64,000 nucleotides of DNA from Salinibacterium sp. (GCA_025351795.1 JANXVG010000046.1:23052-87051); one strand, 5' to 3'. Counted from the stretch's first letter, positions 18,301 through 27,897 are shown. The notes: generated by a model from the sequence alone, not told the origin. Made by a program: numbers and translations.

Positions 18301-18854
18301 CGTTCCGGGCGAGTTGTCGCGGCCATCACCGGCCTCGTGAACAGCAGTATGACGATCACGATAGCGGGCAGAAGCAGAAACCAGCCGATGTCAGGGCGAG
18401 CGAATAGGCCTTGGAAACATCCGACGGCGATGGCCACTTGAAGCACCTGCCAGGTAATGGCTGCGCCGCGAATCCACGGCGAACCCTTCGGCACGCTCAT
18501 TCCGATGAAACCGAGCCACACGGCCGCAATTGCCGTAAGCAGGATGAGGAAGAGGCCGCTAGCCACCGAATCGACTTTGGTGGTAAAAAATTCGACAACG
18601 AGAAATACGGTGATCGCCGCCATGAGCGCGCACTCGGCGAAGATCAGAACGGCGAGCGTGACCACCAGAGGGTGCCTGTCCGACGCGTTCACAGCTTCAT
18701 CCCATACATAACCATTGATTTGCTCCTGCCAATATGCGATTCTATTGGAGGTTGAATTCTCGCTCCCAGGGTTGTGAGCGGTTCCCGATTCGTTTCTCTT
18801 CCTGAACCTCGGCCGCACGGCCCCCGCGTGATGCTCTATGTCGCGCGCAATCAA
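18297..18854 (-). CDS. Hypothetical integral membrane protein (start uncertain)
   Basis: Four predicted TM helices lie in the C-terminal 130 aa. The annotated maximal start is only 12 nt from the divergent whiB1-like ATG, so an internal GTG near 18692 (VNASDRHPLVV...) is more plausible. Confidence 0.5.
   Translation of the reverse strand: MIARDIEHHAGAVRPRFRKRNESGTAHNPGSENSTSNRIAYWQEQINGYVWDEAVNASDRHPLVVTLAVLIFAECALMAAITVFLVVEFFTTKVDSVASGLFLILLTAIAAVWLGFIGMSVPKGSPWIRGAAITWQVLQVAIAVGCFQGLFARPDIGWFLLLPAIVIVILLFTRPVMAATTRPER
18729..18748. promoter_or_regulatory. Inverted repeat CCAATA-N8-TATTGG upstream of the whiB1-like gene
   Basis: Read directly. It lies about 120 nt upstream of the ATG at 18867, in the lowest-GC part of the region. 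Function unknown. Confidence 0.25.
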
Positions 18855-18866
18855 AGGAGCATCACC

Positions 18867-19115
18867 ATGGACTGGCGTGATAAAGCAGCCTGCCTCACCG
18901 CCGACCCGGAGCTATTTTTTCCGGTCGGCAATACCGGACCAGCCGTCGATCAGATCGACAAAGCTAAGGCCGTGTGCGGGCGCTGTTCCGTCACCGAAAT
19001 GTGCCTGCAGTATGCCCTCGAGACTAGCCAAGACTATGGAGTCTGGGGTGGTCTGAGTGAAGACGAGCGTCGTGCACTGAAGCGTCGCGCCGCCCGGGCT
19101 CGCCGAGCTTCCTAG
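18867..19115 (+). CDS. whiB1: WhiB-family [4Fe-4S] transcription factor, WhiB1-like
   Basis: MDWRDKAACLTADPELFFPVGNTGPAVDQIDKAKAVCGRCSVTEMCLQYALETSQDYGVWGGLSEDERRALKRR. It has four Cys and GVWGG, and is close to M. tuberculosis WhiB1 as I recall it. AAAGGAG lies 7 nt upstream. It is adjacent to pdtaS as in mycobacteria. Confidence 0.9.
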   Translation: MDWRDKAACLTADPELFFPVGNTGPAVDQIDKAKAVCGRCSVTEMCLQYALETSQDYGVWGGLSEDERRALKRRAARARRAS

Positions 19116-19160
19116 TTTCGGTACTGCCTAGTTTCGGTGCCGCCGTGCTTCGGCTACTGC
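19112..19160. repeat. 16-bp tandem repeat x3 (third copy degenerate) starting on the whiB1 stop codon
   Basis: ctagtttcggtactgc / ctagtttcggtgccgc / cgtgcttcggctactgc. TAG at 19113-19115 is the gene's stop. Confidence 0.9.
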
Positions 19161-19205
19161 ACGAGCGGCTGATCGCTAAGTGAATCGCGACCACCAGCGC
19201 GCGAG

Positions 19206-20705
19206 TCAGCCCTTCGTCAGCCAGGTGGTCGGAATATCGATGGTGACCTCGGTTCCCCTGCCCACCAGCGTGTGCCAGTCGATGGTGCCGCCGAGTTCAC
19301 CCTGGATCAGGGTACGCACGATTTGCGTTCCGAGACCAGATCCGACTTTTCCTTCTGCGAGCCCCACTCCATTGTCGCGCACCTTGACGCTCAGTACTTT
19401 GTCATTGCGTTTCGCGATGATCTCAACCTCACCGTCCGCCCGACCAGCAAGGCCGTGCTCGACGGCGTTGGTGACGAGCTCGGTGAGAGCTAGGGCGAGC
19501 GGAGTCGCGTACTCGCTAGGCAGGTGGCCGAAACTGCCAGACGACTTAGGGTGCACGGTGGTGTTGTGGCTCGACGCGACTTCGGCGATGAGCTTGAGCA
19601 CACGATCAAACACCACATCAAAGTCGACGTTCTGGTTGAGCCCCTCCGAGAGAGTGTCATGTACCACCGCGATGGCTGTGACCCGGCGCATCGCCTGACC
19701 GAGCGCATCGCGAGCCACATCGTTGTGGGTTCGGCGCGCCTGGATGCGCAGCAGAGACGCCACGGTCTGCAGGTTGTTCTTCACCCTGTGGTGAATCTCG
19801 CGGATCGTGGCATCCTTGGTGATGAGCTCACGCTCTTGGTGCCGCACCTCGGTAACGTCACGACAGAGCACGATCGCACCCACCCGTTCGCCGTGATTGC
19901 GGATCGGGATTGCTCGAAGCGAGACGGTGACACCGCGCGCTTCGATATCCGTTCTCCATGGCGCGCGGCCGGTGACGACGAGCGGCAGCGATTCGTCGAC
20001 CACGAGCATCCTGCCGGTGAGTAAATCGGTGGTGACTTCGGCAAGGGATTCGCCCTCGAGCTCACCCTCGAAGCCCATCCGGTTAAAGGCCGAGAGCGCA
20101 TTGGGGCTCGCAAACGTCACCTGACCGTCGACGTCAAGTCGAATCAGGCCGTCGGATGCGCGTGGGGCTGCGCGTCGCGTCGCGCTCGGCGCACCCAGGT
20201 CCGGAAAGTCGCCGGACGCGATCATCTGAAACAGATCGTTCGCGCACTCGTTGAAGGTGAGTTCCTGCCGGCTGGGGGTGCGCGCCTCACTCAGGTTGGT
20301 GTGGCGAGTGATCACGGCAATCGGAAGCTCGGTAGTTTCTTTACCACTCGGGCTCAGCCGTCGCAGAACCGGCACTGCGCGCACGCGGGTGGGCGTCTCT
20401 TCGAACCAACTTGGCGCGGCCGTGTCGACGATGCGCGCTTTCTCAAACGCCTCGGTGATTTGCTGCTTCCATTCCGGCTTGACAGCCTGGCCCACGAAAT
20501 CGCGATAAAACAAGGTTGCTGAACTGGATGGGCGGGCATGGGCGACCGCCACAAAACTATCGTCTTTGCTCGGCACCCACAGCACAATGTCTGCGAAGGC
20601 CAGGTCTGCGAGTAGTTGCCAGTCGCCAATAAGCAGGTGCAGCCACTCGATGTCTGCCTCGTTCGAGCGTGCTTGCGCCTGAACGAGATCACTGAGGGTC
20701 GACAC
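19206..20705 (-). CDS. pdtaS: Cytoplasmic sensor histidine kinase PdtaS-like (GAF/PAS + HisKA_2 + HATPase_c)
   Basis: 499 aa with no TM segment. The H-box is REIHHRVKNNLQTVASLLRIQ (HisKA_2). The ATPase has N, G1 and G2 boxes (ELVTNAVEH, DNGVGL, GLGTQIV). Confidence 0.85.
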   Translation of the reverse strand: MSTLSDLVQAQARSNEADIEWLHLLIGDWQLLADLAFADIVLWVPSKDDSFVAVAHARPSSSATLFYRDFVGQAVKPEWKQQITEAFEKARIVDTAAPSWFEETPTRVRAVPVLRRLSPSGKETTELPIAVITRHTNLSEARTPSRQELTFNECANDLFQMIASGDFPDLGAPSATRRAAPRASDGLIRLDVDGQVTFASPNALSAFNRMGFEGELEGESLAEVTTDLLTGRMLVVDESLPLVVTGRAPWRTDIEARGVTVSLRAIPIRNHGERVGAIVLCRDVTEVRHQERELITKDATIREIHHRVKNNLQTVASLLRIQARRTHNDVARDALGQAMRRVTAIAVVHDTLSEGLNQNVDFDVVFDRVLKLIAEVASSHNTTVHPKSSGSFGHLPSEYATPLALALTELVTNAVEHGLAGRADGEVEIIAKRNDKVLSVKVRDNGVGLAEGKVGSGLGTQIVRTLIQGELGGTIDWHTLVGRGTEVTIDIPTTWLTKG

Positions 20706-21957
20706 GTTCCAAGGCTAGTCGTTTGCTGCGGCGCCACGGCCGCCAGCCGGCGGCGGTGCTAGCGGGATCTGCACTCCGCACCTTTTGCGGCAGGATGCGC
20801 TGGGTGACGAACTGTTGGATCGCGACGCGTGCTGGCGACTTAGGAGCAACATCCGCAAGGATGCGCCCGCTGAGGATGGCCGCATCGAACGCCGCGAGAT
20901 CGTGCGGCACAAGTATCGGGGCTTCAATGCCGCCGAAACGCGAGAGGGTCTGCACCACCTGGCCGGATGCGCCGAGCCCGATCGCCGACGCGCGCACTTT
21001 GTTGATCACTACCGTCATGCGGTGAGTGGATGCCGTCTCGACGAGGTCAACGTGCGCACGCAGGAAGCGCGACAGCCCCACCGGATCAGCGGAGCCCACG
21101 GCAACCACGTAGTCGGCCTCTCGCAGTGCGGTGACCGTGGCCGCATTGCGTCGAGGTGCGAACAGGTCGCTCGAAATCTCCTCGTCATTTTCGAGGCTGA
21201 ACCCGGTGTCGAGAACGGTAAAGTCGACCCAGTTTCTGCACTCCTTGATGACGCCAACCACGCGATCGCTCGACAGTTCAGGCCACCGACTCGGGCGGCC
21301 GATTCCGGTCAGTACCCAGAACCCGCCAGCACGGGCTTCATATCGTTGGCCGATGCGCTCAAGCTCGGAACGCGTGAGGGAGTCGGCGCCGGCGAGCCGG
21401 CACGCCGCAGCGAACCCGGGTGCTTCGTCAAGCATTCCGAGCGCCGGTGCCACCGACGCTCCGTGGGTGTCGACATCGCCGAGCGCGACCGAGTATCCGG
21501 CTTCGGCGATCTCGGCCGCAATGGCGATCGCCATGCTCGTGCGGCCGGGAGCGCCCGCCGGCCCCCAGACCGTGATCACCGACCCACGATCGAGCCATGC
21601 AGTTGGAGCCTCCGAAGGTCGAGGAGTGACGCTCATCGACTGCTCAATCTCTGACCATGCGGCATCCGCAGCGACCGTCTCGAATAGGCCGACGGCCGCC
21701 GCGTGACGTCGCTCATGCTCAGCTGCGACGAGCGCAATAACGCTCACACCTGCCTCGTCGCACAGAGCCATCAGCCGGTTGGTGAGGTAGCGCTCCCCCG
21801 CAGAGACAAGCACGTAGGTGGGCCGCAGCGTCTCGATGCGCGAAGCGAGTTCGTCTGCGCTCGAGCACCGAGCAACAATCTCGTGGCCGTGGCGAACAGC
21901 ATCGGCGGCAACGCGGTCTTCCTCCTCGACCGGCAGCGCGAGTGCAATCCGTGCCAC
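20689..21957 (-). CDS. CpaE/MinD-superfamily P-loop protein with N-terminal pseudo-receiver domain
   Basis: 422 aa. The N-terminal roughly 110 aa are receiver-like. The P-loop reads VWGPAGAPGRTSMAIAIAAE, with Arg where the Walker A Lys is expected. The ParA/MinD-like switch regions are LGDVDTHG and VLDTG. It overlaps the pdtaS start by 17 nt. Confidence 0.75.
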   Translation of the reverse strand: MARIALALPVEEEDRVAADAVRHGHEIVARCSSADELASRIETLRPTYVLVSAGERYLTNRLMALCDEAGVSVIALVAAEHERRHAAAVGLFETVAADAAWSEIEQSMSVTPRPSEAPTAWLDRGSVITVWGPAGAPGRTSMAIAIAAEIAEAGYSVALGDVDTHGASVAPALGMLDEAPGFAAACRLAGADSLTRSELERIGQRYEARAGGFWVLTGIGRPSRWPELSSDRVVGVIKECRNWVDFTVLDTGFSLENDEEISSDLFAPRRNAATVTALREADYVVAVGSADPVGLSRFLRAHVDLVETASTHRMTVVINKVRASAIGLGASGQVVQTLSRFGGIEAPILVPHDLAAFDAAILSGRILADVAPKSPARVAIQQFVTQRILPQKVRSADPASTAAGWRPWRRSKRLALERVDPQ

Positions 21958-21960
21958 AGC

Positions 21961-22596
21961 TCAGCCCTTGACCGGGATACTCACGGGCACGAGCGACAAC
22001 GCATCACCGTTGGCCACTGCTTCGAGCACGCGCGCGATTCTGGACTTCGGAACCAGCACCTCAACGCTCGCGACACCTTTATCGATGACGAGCCCTTCGC
22101 TCGTGACCAATCGCACGACAGATGCGGACGATACAAGCACCGTCGGCGGCCCATAGTTGCCACGCGTTTCTTGTTCCTTCGCTGACCACAGATCGACGTA
22201 AGAGCCGGCGCGTACCGACGCCGACAACTGGCTCGTGAGCGTCAGCACCACGGCAGAGAATCGCTGCCCGGCTTCGCTTCCGACAGCGGATGCTGGCACC
22301 AACTCGCCCGCACGCACCGACTTGATCACGACAAATCCTTCATTCGGTACCTCTCCCGCGAGCAGGTACAGGTCGTCCGCGCCGTCGAGGCGCACATGGG
22401 ACTCGATCAGGTCGTCGGCGGTGATCACATCCCCCTGACTCAGAGCGTCACGCGCGACGTAGGCGGCTACCGAGGTATCGGATGCCGCGACCACTGCGTA
22501 AACCCCGCCGACCGAAGCTGCGACCAGAGCGAGGCCGATGACGAACCGAGGGTCAAGCCAGAAGGTTGACTTGCCCCGTTTGGTGACTGATGCCAC
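21961..22596 (-). CDS. SAF-domain protein (CpaB/RcpC-like), N-terminal membrane anchor
   Basis: 211 aa with TM FVIGLALVAASVGGVYAVV. The SAF-like segment is ARDALSQGDVITADDL. It ends 3 nt before the CpaE-like gene. Confidence 0.7.
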   Translation of the reverse strand: MASVTKRGKSTFWLDPRFVIGLALVAASVGGVYAVVAASDTSVAAYVARDALSQGDVITADDLIESHVRLDGADDLYLLAGEVPNEGFVVIKSVRAGELVPASAVGSEAGQRFSAVVLTLTSQLSASVRAGSYVDLWSAKEQETRGNYGPPTVLVSSASVVRLVTSEGLVIDKGVASVEVLVPKSRIARVLEAVANGDALSLVPVSIPVKG

Positions 22597-22707
22597 GCTC
22601 GCTCCTCATCTTCGTGCAGTGACACCATGTTTGCCATCCACCGCGGGTAGCGCCGGAAGTTATCCACAGCCCGGTTCGGGGTGGTTGCGCGCGCGCATAA
22701 TCGAGGC

Positions 22708-22989
22708 ATGAATGAGGCCCCCACCGAGGCAAATCTCGGTCGATTCCTGACGATCGCCGACACCGCAGAAGTGCTCAATATTTCCGCTGGTCAGGTGTAC
22801 GCACTCGTGCGCTCAGGGGAAATTCCCGCCATCAAGTTCAGCGGCGGTGGTCACTGGCGTATCGAGCGCACGGTTCTTGAGGCGTATATCGAGGGAAAAT
22901 ACGAGGAGACCCGCCGCATGAACCTGTGGAACCAGTCGGACTTCGCAACCCTTGCCGAGCTGTCATTCGGCCGGCCGCGACGCGGTTAG
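22708..22989 (+). CDS. Excisionase/MerR-type helix-turn-helix DNA-binding protein
   Basis: LTIADTAEVLNISAGQVYALVRSGEIPAIKFSGGGHWRIERTVLEAYI is an HTH_17/excisionase-family signature. The ATG at 22708 is preferred to the track start at 22681. Confidence 0.75.
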   Translation: MNEAPTEANLGRFLTIADTAEVLNISAGQVYALVRSGEIPAIKFSGGGHWRIERTVLEAYIEGKYEETRRMNLWNQSDFATLAELSFGRPRRG

Positions 22990-23034
22990 TCGTGTCTCGG
23001 TTGCTCGTGTCTCGGTTAGTCGTGTCTCGGTTAG
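22984..23034. repeat. 15-bp tandem repeat x3.4 containing the stop codons of both convergent genes
   Basis: ggttagtcgtgtctc / ggttgctcgtgtctc / ggttagtcgtgtctc / ggttag. TAG at 22987-22989 stops the HTH gene. TTA at 23031-23033 is the TAA of the minus-strand gene. Confidence 0.95.
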
Positions 23035-23633
23035 ATCTTCACGAGCGACAGATGGTTCATCAGAACGACGCGATATTGCGTCACCGCCGACTCACGTCGA
23101 GCTTCGCCGGGGTCGTGCACAGCGAGGTCGATGTGGTCGCGGCCCACACGATCGATGGTTCCGTGGTACGACGAACCGGGGATTCTCACCTCAACGGACT
23201 TTCGCCGTCTACAGAGGTCACGCAGCACGAAGGGCAGTCCGAGGCGCGCCGCCAGCGAGCGTTCTGCCTCGTCTGCCGACCGCGCGCGCAGACTCGCGGT
23301 GACCTGTTCTTTCGTGAGCACGAGACCGCAGATCGCCGCAAATGGCACGATGCATTGCGACCGGCGCGACGACTCCTCCACGAGGTCTGCAGAGAACCAG
23401 TCGCGACCGAATGCCATCGGGCGCACCGTGATCCGGTCACCGTTGATGAGGTCGATGCGCAGCGAGTAGGGAGCACGGCTGTCCTGTGCGTCATGCACGG
23501 ACATGACGCGGTCTCGAATCGACAGACGCCCGAGTCGGAGCCGCTCCTCTTCGGCTTGGAGGTCGATCTCCTCGGCACTGAGCTCAAGCTCGAGTTGCCC
23601 CTCGAGGTCGTCAAACAAGTTGTCCCAGCGCAT
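23031..23633 (-). CDS. Conserved hypothetical protein
   Basis: 200-aa ORF with protein-like composition (MRWDNLFDDLEGQLELELSAEEIDLQAEEERLRLGRL...). I recognise no motif. Confidence 0.55.
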   Translation of the reverse strand: MRWDNLFDDLEGQLELELSAEEIDLQAEEERLRLGRLSIRDRVMSVHDAQDSRAPYSLRIDLINGDRITVRPMAFGRDWFSADLVEESSRRSQCIVPFAAICGLVLTKEQVTASLRARSADEAERSLAARLGLPFVLRDLCRRRKSVEVRIPGSSYHGTIDRVGRDHIDLAVHDPGEARRESAVTQYRVVLMNHLSLVKI

Positions 23634-23791
23634 ACCGTGACCGTAGTCAGCGCACCAGGTAGGCGCGAAAGGTTATCCACACCCAGAAACGGGGGCGTGG
23701 ACAGATCATTCTCCAACTGGTTAAGTTTCCCCTACCCCCAAGTGGGGGTCATAGCAGAAGTCCTCCTCTCATTGAGCATTCGGAGCACTAC

Positions 23792-24253
23792 GTGACACTA
23801 GCCAACAACCACGCGGTCGTTGCCATTCGTCGTGAGCCTTTGCCGTCGAAGGTAATCCGCGCGCGGCTCACCACCGATGAATTCTTCGGCCACCAGCCCA
23901 CCTCAAGCACGTCGTTGCCGAATCCTGAGCCGTTGCTCGAGAACCTGACGCGGTGTGTCATTGAGATCTTGGCTGGTGCTCGCGAGCTCGAACAGATCGC
24001 GAGATGGGTGACGGATGATGTCTACCGCCACCTTCTCAAGCGCGTGGTCGTGTCGGCTAGGGCTCGCCAAGCTAAGGGCCAGAACGCGGTACGTCCTACC
24101 TTCACGATCGGCTCCACCACGGTGTGCGAACCACGCGATGGAGTGATCGAAGCTGTGGTGATCGTGCGCGGTCGCGCGAGAACGCGCGCCGTGGCACTGC
24201 GACTGGAAGGCCTCGACAACCGGTGGCGGGCAACAGCTATCAACGTGCTCTGA
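23792..24253 (+). CDS. Rv3235-family hypothetical protein (secA-neighbourhood)
   Basis: 153 aa. LTRCVIEILAGARELEQIARWVTDDVY..L and its position next to secA match my recollection of the Rv3235-like family. Confidence 0.6.
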   Translation: MTLANNHAVVAIRREPLPSKVIRARLTTDEFFGHQPTSSTSLPNPEPLLENLTRCVIEILAGARELEQIARWVTDDVYRHLLKRVVVSARARQAKGQNAVRPTFTIGSTTVCEPRDGVIEAVVIVRGRARTRAVALRLEGLDNRWRATAINVL

Positions 24254-24286
24254 GCATCACGGTGCCCTGAGCTGCTGAACTGACCG

Positions 24287-27097
24287 CTACTGCCTGCGCT
24301 TTTCCTGTGCGCGACGCTCGGCTCGGTTAGTCGGCTGAGGATCGGCTGGGCCGGTGCGCTGCCCGAATGCTCCGCGCTGCTCTTGCGATGGTTGGCCCGG
24401 TTGCTGAGGCGCTGGTGCTACGGCGTTGGCTTGAGCTGCAGCCTGACGCTGGGCGAGAGCTGTAGCCGCACTCTCCACCTGGCCGCGCTGGTTTCGCACC
24501 TCCACCTCACCAGAAGCATCCGCATTCGGCGCCGAATAGCTGAGACCCTGGGCGGGAGCATTGTTGCCCAGACCGCGAGCATCGACGCTGCTTCCTCCAG
24601 ACACCTCCACCTCGAGGTTGAACAGGAAGCCGACGGACTCCTCACGAATCGAGCCCATCATGCTCTGGTAAAGCGCGAAACCCTCACGCTGGTACTCGAC
24701 GAGCGGATCTCGTTGGGCCATGGCCCGCAGCCCGATACCGTCTTTGAGATAGTCCATCTCGTACAGGTGATCGCGCCAGCGGCGGTCGATCACCGAAAGC
24801 ACCACGCGGCGCTCGAGCTCGCGCATGGCTGGCTCACCGAGTTGCTCGGTGCGGCGGTCGTACGCCACTTCGGCATCCGACAGGATTTCTTTCTGCAAGA
24901 ACGGGGCGGTGACCCGCGCGCGGCTGCCCGCCTCCGTGAGAACTTCGTCGATGGTCAGCCCCACCGGGTAGAGCGTCTTAAGCTCTGTCCACAGCGCGTC
25001 GAAGTCCCAGTCGTCTGAATGGCCTTCCGCCGTGTGAATCTCGACCACTTCTGTGATCACGTCTTCGAGGAAGTGCGTGACGCGATCCTTCAAATCGTCT
25101 CCCTCGAGAATGTGGCGACGGTCGCCATAGATCGCCTCGCGCTGGCGGTTGAGAACGTCGTCGTACTTGAGCACGTTCTTGCGGATCTCCGCGTTACGCC
25201 CCTCGACCTGCGATTGCGCAGAGCGGATGGCGCGGCTCACGATCTTATTCTCGATGGCCAGATCGTCTGGAACGTTGCTGCGACCCATGAAAGCCTCGGC
25301 TGCGCCACTGTTGAAGAGCCGCATGAGGTCATCCTGCAGCGACAGGTAAAAGCGACTCTCCCCAGGGTCACCTTGGCGGCCCGAGCGACCACGCAACTGG
25401 TTATCGATGCGACGCGACTCGTGGCGCTCGGTTCCGAGCACGTAAAGGCCGCCCACCTCGACGACCTTCTCGGCTTCGACGTTAACCTCGGCCTTCACTT
25501 TCTGGTAGACCGAGTCCCACTCGGCTTCGTACTCATCTGGCGTGTCGATCGGGCTCAGACCCTTGTTATTCATCTGAGCGACGGCAAGAAACTCGGCGTT
25601 GCCGCCGAGCATCACATCGGTGCCACGGCCCGCCATATTGGTGGCCACGGTCACCGCACCGAGTCGACCCGCCTGAGCGATGATCGCCGCTTCGCGAGCG
25701 TGGTTCTTGGCGTTGAGAACCTCATGACGCACACCCTTCTTGGCGAGCAGCTTCGAGAGCAACTCGCTCTTCTCGACGCTCGTTGTTCCCACGAGCACTG
25801 GCTGGCCAGTAGCGTGGCGGTGCACGATGTCTTCGACGACCTGCTCGAACTTCGACTGCTCATTCTTGTAGACGAGGTCAGTCTGATCGGTGCGGACCAT
25901 CGGCTTGTTGGTGGGAATCGACACGACGCCCAGCTTGTAGGTACTCATGAACTCGGCGGCCTCCGTCTCGGCGGTACCTGTCATGCCCGAAAGTTTGCTG
26001 TACAGACGGAAGTAGTTCTGCAGGGTGACCGTGGCCAAGGTCTGGTTCTCTGCTTTGACGGCGACACCCTCCTTGGCCTCAATCGCCTGATGGATGCCTT
26101 CGTTGTAACGACGGCCCATGAGAATACGACCGGTGTGCTCGTCGACGATCAGAACCTCACCGTTCATGACGACGTAGTCCTTGTCTTTCTTAAACAGGGC
26201 CTTGGCCTTGATGGAGTTGTTGAGGAACGAGATAAGTGGCGTATTCGCCGACTCGTACAGGTTGTCAATGCCGAGGTAGTCTTCCACCTTTTCGATACCG
26301 GGTTCGAGCACACCGACCGTGCGCTTCTTCTCATCGACCTCGAAATCGATCTCCGGAATCAGCTTGTTGGCAATTCCTGCGAACTCGGTGAACCAGCGAT
26401 TGGCCTCACCCGATGCCGGACCGGAGATGATGAGCGGCGTACGCGCCTCGTCGATGAGAATCGAGTCCACCTCATCCACGATCGCAAAATAGTGCCCTCG
26501 CTGCACCATGTCTTGCGCCTGCCAGGCCATGTTGTCGCGCAGATAGTCGAAGCCGAATTCATTGTTCGTTCCATAGGTGATGTCGCACTCATACATCTCG
26601 CGACGTTCTTCGGGAGTCTGGCCAGAGAGGATGACCCCCGTGGTCATGCCGAGTGCGCGGAAGATGCGGCCCATGAGCTCAGACTGATAGCTCGCAAGGT
26701 AGTCGTTCACGGTGACCACGTGTACACCGCGGGCCGGGATGGCGTTGAGGTATGCGGCGAGTGTCGCGACAAGCGTCTTACCCTCGCCGGTCTTCATCTC
26801 GGCGATGTTGCCGAGGTGCAGGGCCGCGCCGCCCATCAGTTGCACATCGAAGTGGCGCATGCCGAGTGTGCGCATCGCTGCCTCGCGCACGGCGGCGAAC
26901 GCCTCGGGCATCAGGTCTTCGAGTGACTCACCGCTCGCGTAACGCTCACGCAGTTCTGCGGTCTCGTGTTTGAGTTCCTCGTCGGCGAGTTCCCTGAAAT
27001 CGTCTTCCAAGTGGTTCACAGATTCCGCATAGCTCTTCAGCTTGCGAAGAAGTCGACCTTCACCTACGCGAAGAACCCGCTCGAGAACGTTGGCCAC
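24287..27097 (-). CDS. secA: Preprotein translocase ATPase SecA
   Basis: 936 aa. [20 protein letters not shown]...; Walker [12 protein letters not shown]; [19 protein letters not shown]; [10 protein letters not shown]. The C-terminal tail is Gln/Ala/Pro-rich. Confidence 0.98.
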   Translation of the reverse strand: MANVLERVLRVGEGRLLRKLKSYAESVNHLEDDFRELADEELKHETAELRERYASGESLEDLMPEAFAAVREAAMRTLGMRHFDVQLMGGAALHLGNIAEMKTGEGKTLVATLAAYLNAIPARGVHVVTVNDYLASYQSELMGRIFRALGMTTGVILSGQTPEERREMYECDITYGTNNEFGFDYLRDNMAWQAQDMVQRGHYFAIVDEVDSILIDEARTPLIISGPASGEANRWFTEFAGIANKLIPEIDFEVDEKKRTVGVLEPGIEKVEDYLGIDNLYESANTPLISFLNNSIKAKALFKKDKDYVVMNGEVLIVDEHTGRILMGRRYNEGIHQAIEAKEGVAVKAENQTLATVTLQNYFRLYSKLSGMTGTAETEAAEFMSTYKLGVVSIPTNKPMVRTDQTDLVYKNEQSKFEQVVEDIVHRHATGQPVLVGTTSVEKSELLSKLLAKKGVRHEVLNAKNHAREAAIIAQAGRLGAVTVATNMAGRGTDVMLGGNAEFLAVAQMNNKGLSPIDTPDEYEAEWDSVYQKVKAEVNVEAEKVVEVGGLYVLGTERHESRRIDNQLRGRSGRQGDPGESRFYLSLQDDLMRLFNSGAAEAFMGRSNVPDDLAIENKIVSRAIRSAQSQVEGRNAEIRKNVLKYDDVLNRQREAIYGDRRHILEGDDLKDRVTHFLEDVITEVVEIHTAEGHSDDWDFDALWTELKTLYPVGLTIDEVLTEAGSRARVTAPFLQKEILSDAEVAYDRRTEQLGEPAMRELERRVVLSVIDRRWRDHLYEMDYLKDGIGLRAMAQRDPLVEYQREGFALYQSMMGSIREESVGFLFNLEVEVSGGSSVDARGLGNNAPAQGLSYSAPNADASGEVEVRNQRGQVESAATALAQRQAAAQANAVAPAPQQPGQPSQEQRGAFGQRTGPADPQPTNRAERRAQEKRRQ

Positions 27098-27201
27098 GAA
27101 ATACTCCCATTCACGGTCAAATCACTCCGACCTTCGGCACGCGGGCACCCCGCGCTGCCTTTCGCCGTTACCGGCTTGCAATGGTAGCAAGGCGAACCTA
27201 G

Positions 27202-27897
27202 TTATCGCCTGTTCGGACGCCTCCCGGCCACCGCAACAGGCTGCGTAACCTGCTGGCTCTCGAGACCAATGACCCCGTAGTCCCAACCTTTTCGCCGATA
27301 CACGACGCTGGGTCGGTCAGTTTCGCTGTCGATGAACAGGTAGAAGTCATGGCCGACGAGCTCCATATGGTCGACAGCATCTTCGGTCGTCATGCGAATC
27401 TCAGGGAACACCTTCTTACGGATGACCACAGGGCTGTCGTCAAACGGGCTCGTGAGATCGGCTTCGCCTGCCTGAATCGGGATCTCCCCGGTCAGAACGC
27501 GCTCGAGCACTTCGGGGCTCACCGGCGTGATGTCGACGACGCGGAATCCGCTTGCCGATGCATCGTGGAGCGAAACCGGTCGGTGCTGGCCACGGTGCAC
27601 TTTGCGGCGATCTTTCGCTTGGCGCATGCGCTCAACAAGTTTGGCCATGGCAAGGTCGAACGCCGCGTACTTGTCTGAACCAGCCGATTCCGCGCGCACC
27701 AGCGGGCCAGGGCCGATCAGGGTGAGTTCAACGCGATCTTCGCCACTCGATCCTTTGGTCTCGTGATGCCGACTGACCTTGACCTCGAACGCGATGGCTT
27801 TCTCTGCGAGATGGGAGACCTTTTCGGACTTCTCGATCGCGTAGTCCCGAAAACGGTCGGTGACCCCTAGATTGCGACCAGTGACAGAAATTTCCAC
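27202..27897 (-). CDS. hpf: Ribosome hibernation-promoting factor, long form (HPF)
   Basis: MEISVTGRNLGVTDRFRDYAIEKSEKV (the N-terminal domain carries a RaiA/sigma-54 modulation fold). The C-terminal dimerisation domain reads VVIRKKVF...MTTEDAVDHMELVGHDFYLF. Confidence 0.9.
   Translation of the reverse strand: MEISVTGRNLGVTDRFRDYAIEKSEKVSHLAEKAIAFEVKVSRHHETKGSSGEDRVELTLIGPGPLVRAESAGSDKYAAFDLAMAKLVERMRQAKDRRKVHRGQHRPVSLHDASASGFRVVDITPVSPEVLERVLTGEIPIQAGEADLTSPFDDSPVVIRKKVFPEIRMTTEDAVDHMELVGHDFYLFIDSETDRPSVVYRRKGWDYGVIGLESQQVTQPVAVAGRRPNRR

Noticed and set aside
18773-18788. TGTGAgcggttCCCGA as a Crp-type site upstream of whiB1
   Set aside because: Only one half-site matches TGTGA-N6-TCACA, which is too weak to call without a position weight matrix score.
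25019-26926. 635-aa plus-strand ORF antisense to secA. Similar long antisense ORFs occur at 44138-45202, 45703-46911, 61221-62543, 31654-32637, 20785-21654, 36318-37097, 37189-37974 and 49998-50901.
   Set aside because: Each lies entirely opposite a gene with unmistakable conserved motifs. Their translations are Arg/His/Gly-rich and low-complexity. Stop-free antisense frames are expected in high-GC DNA.
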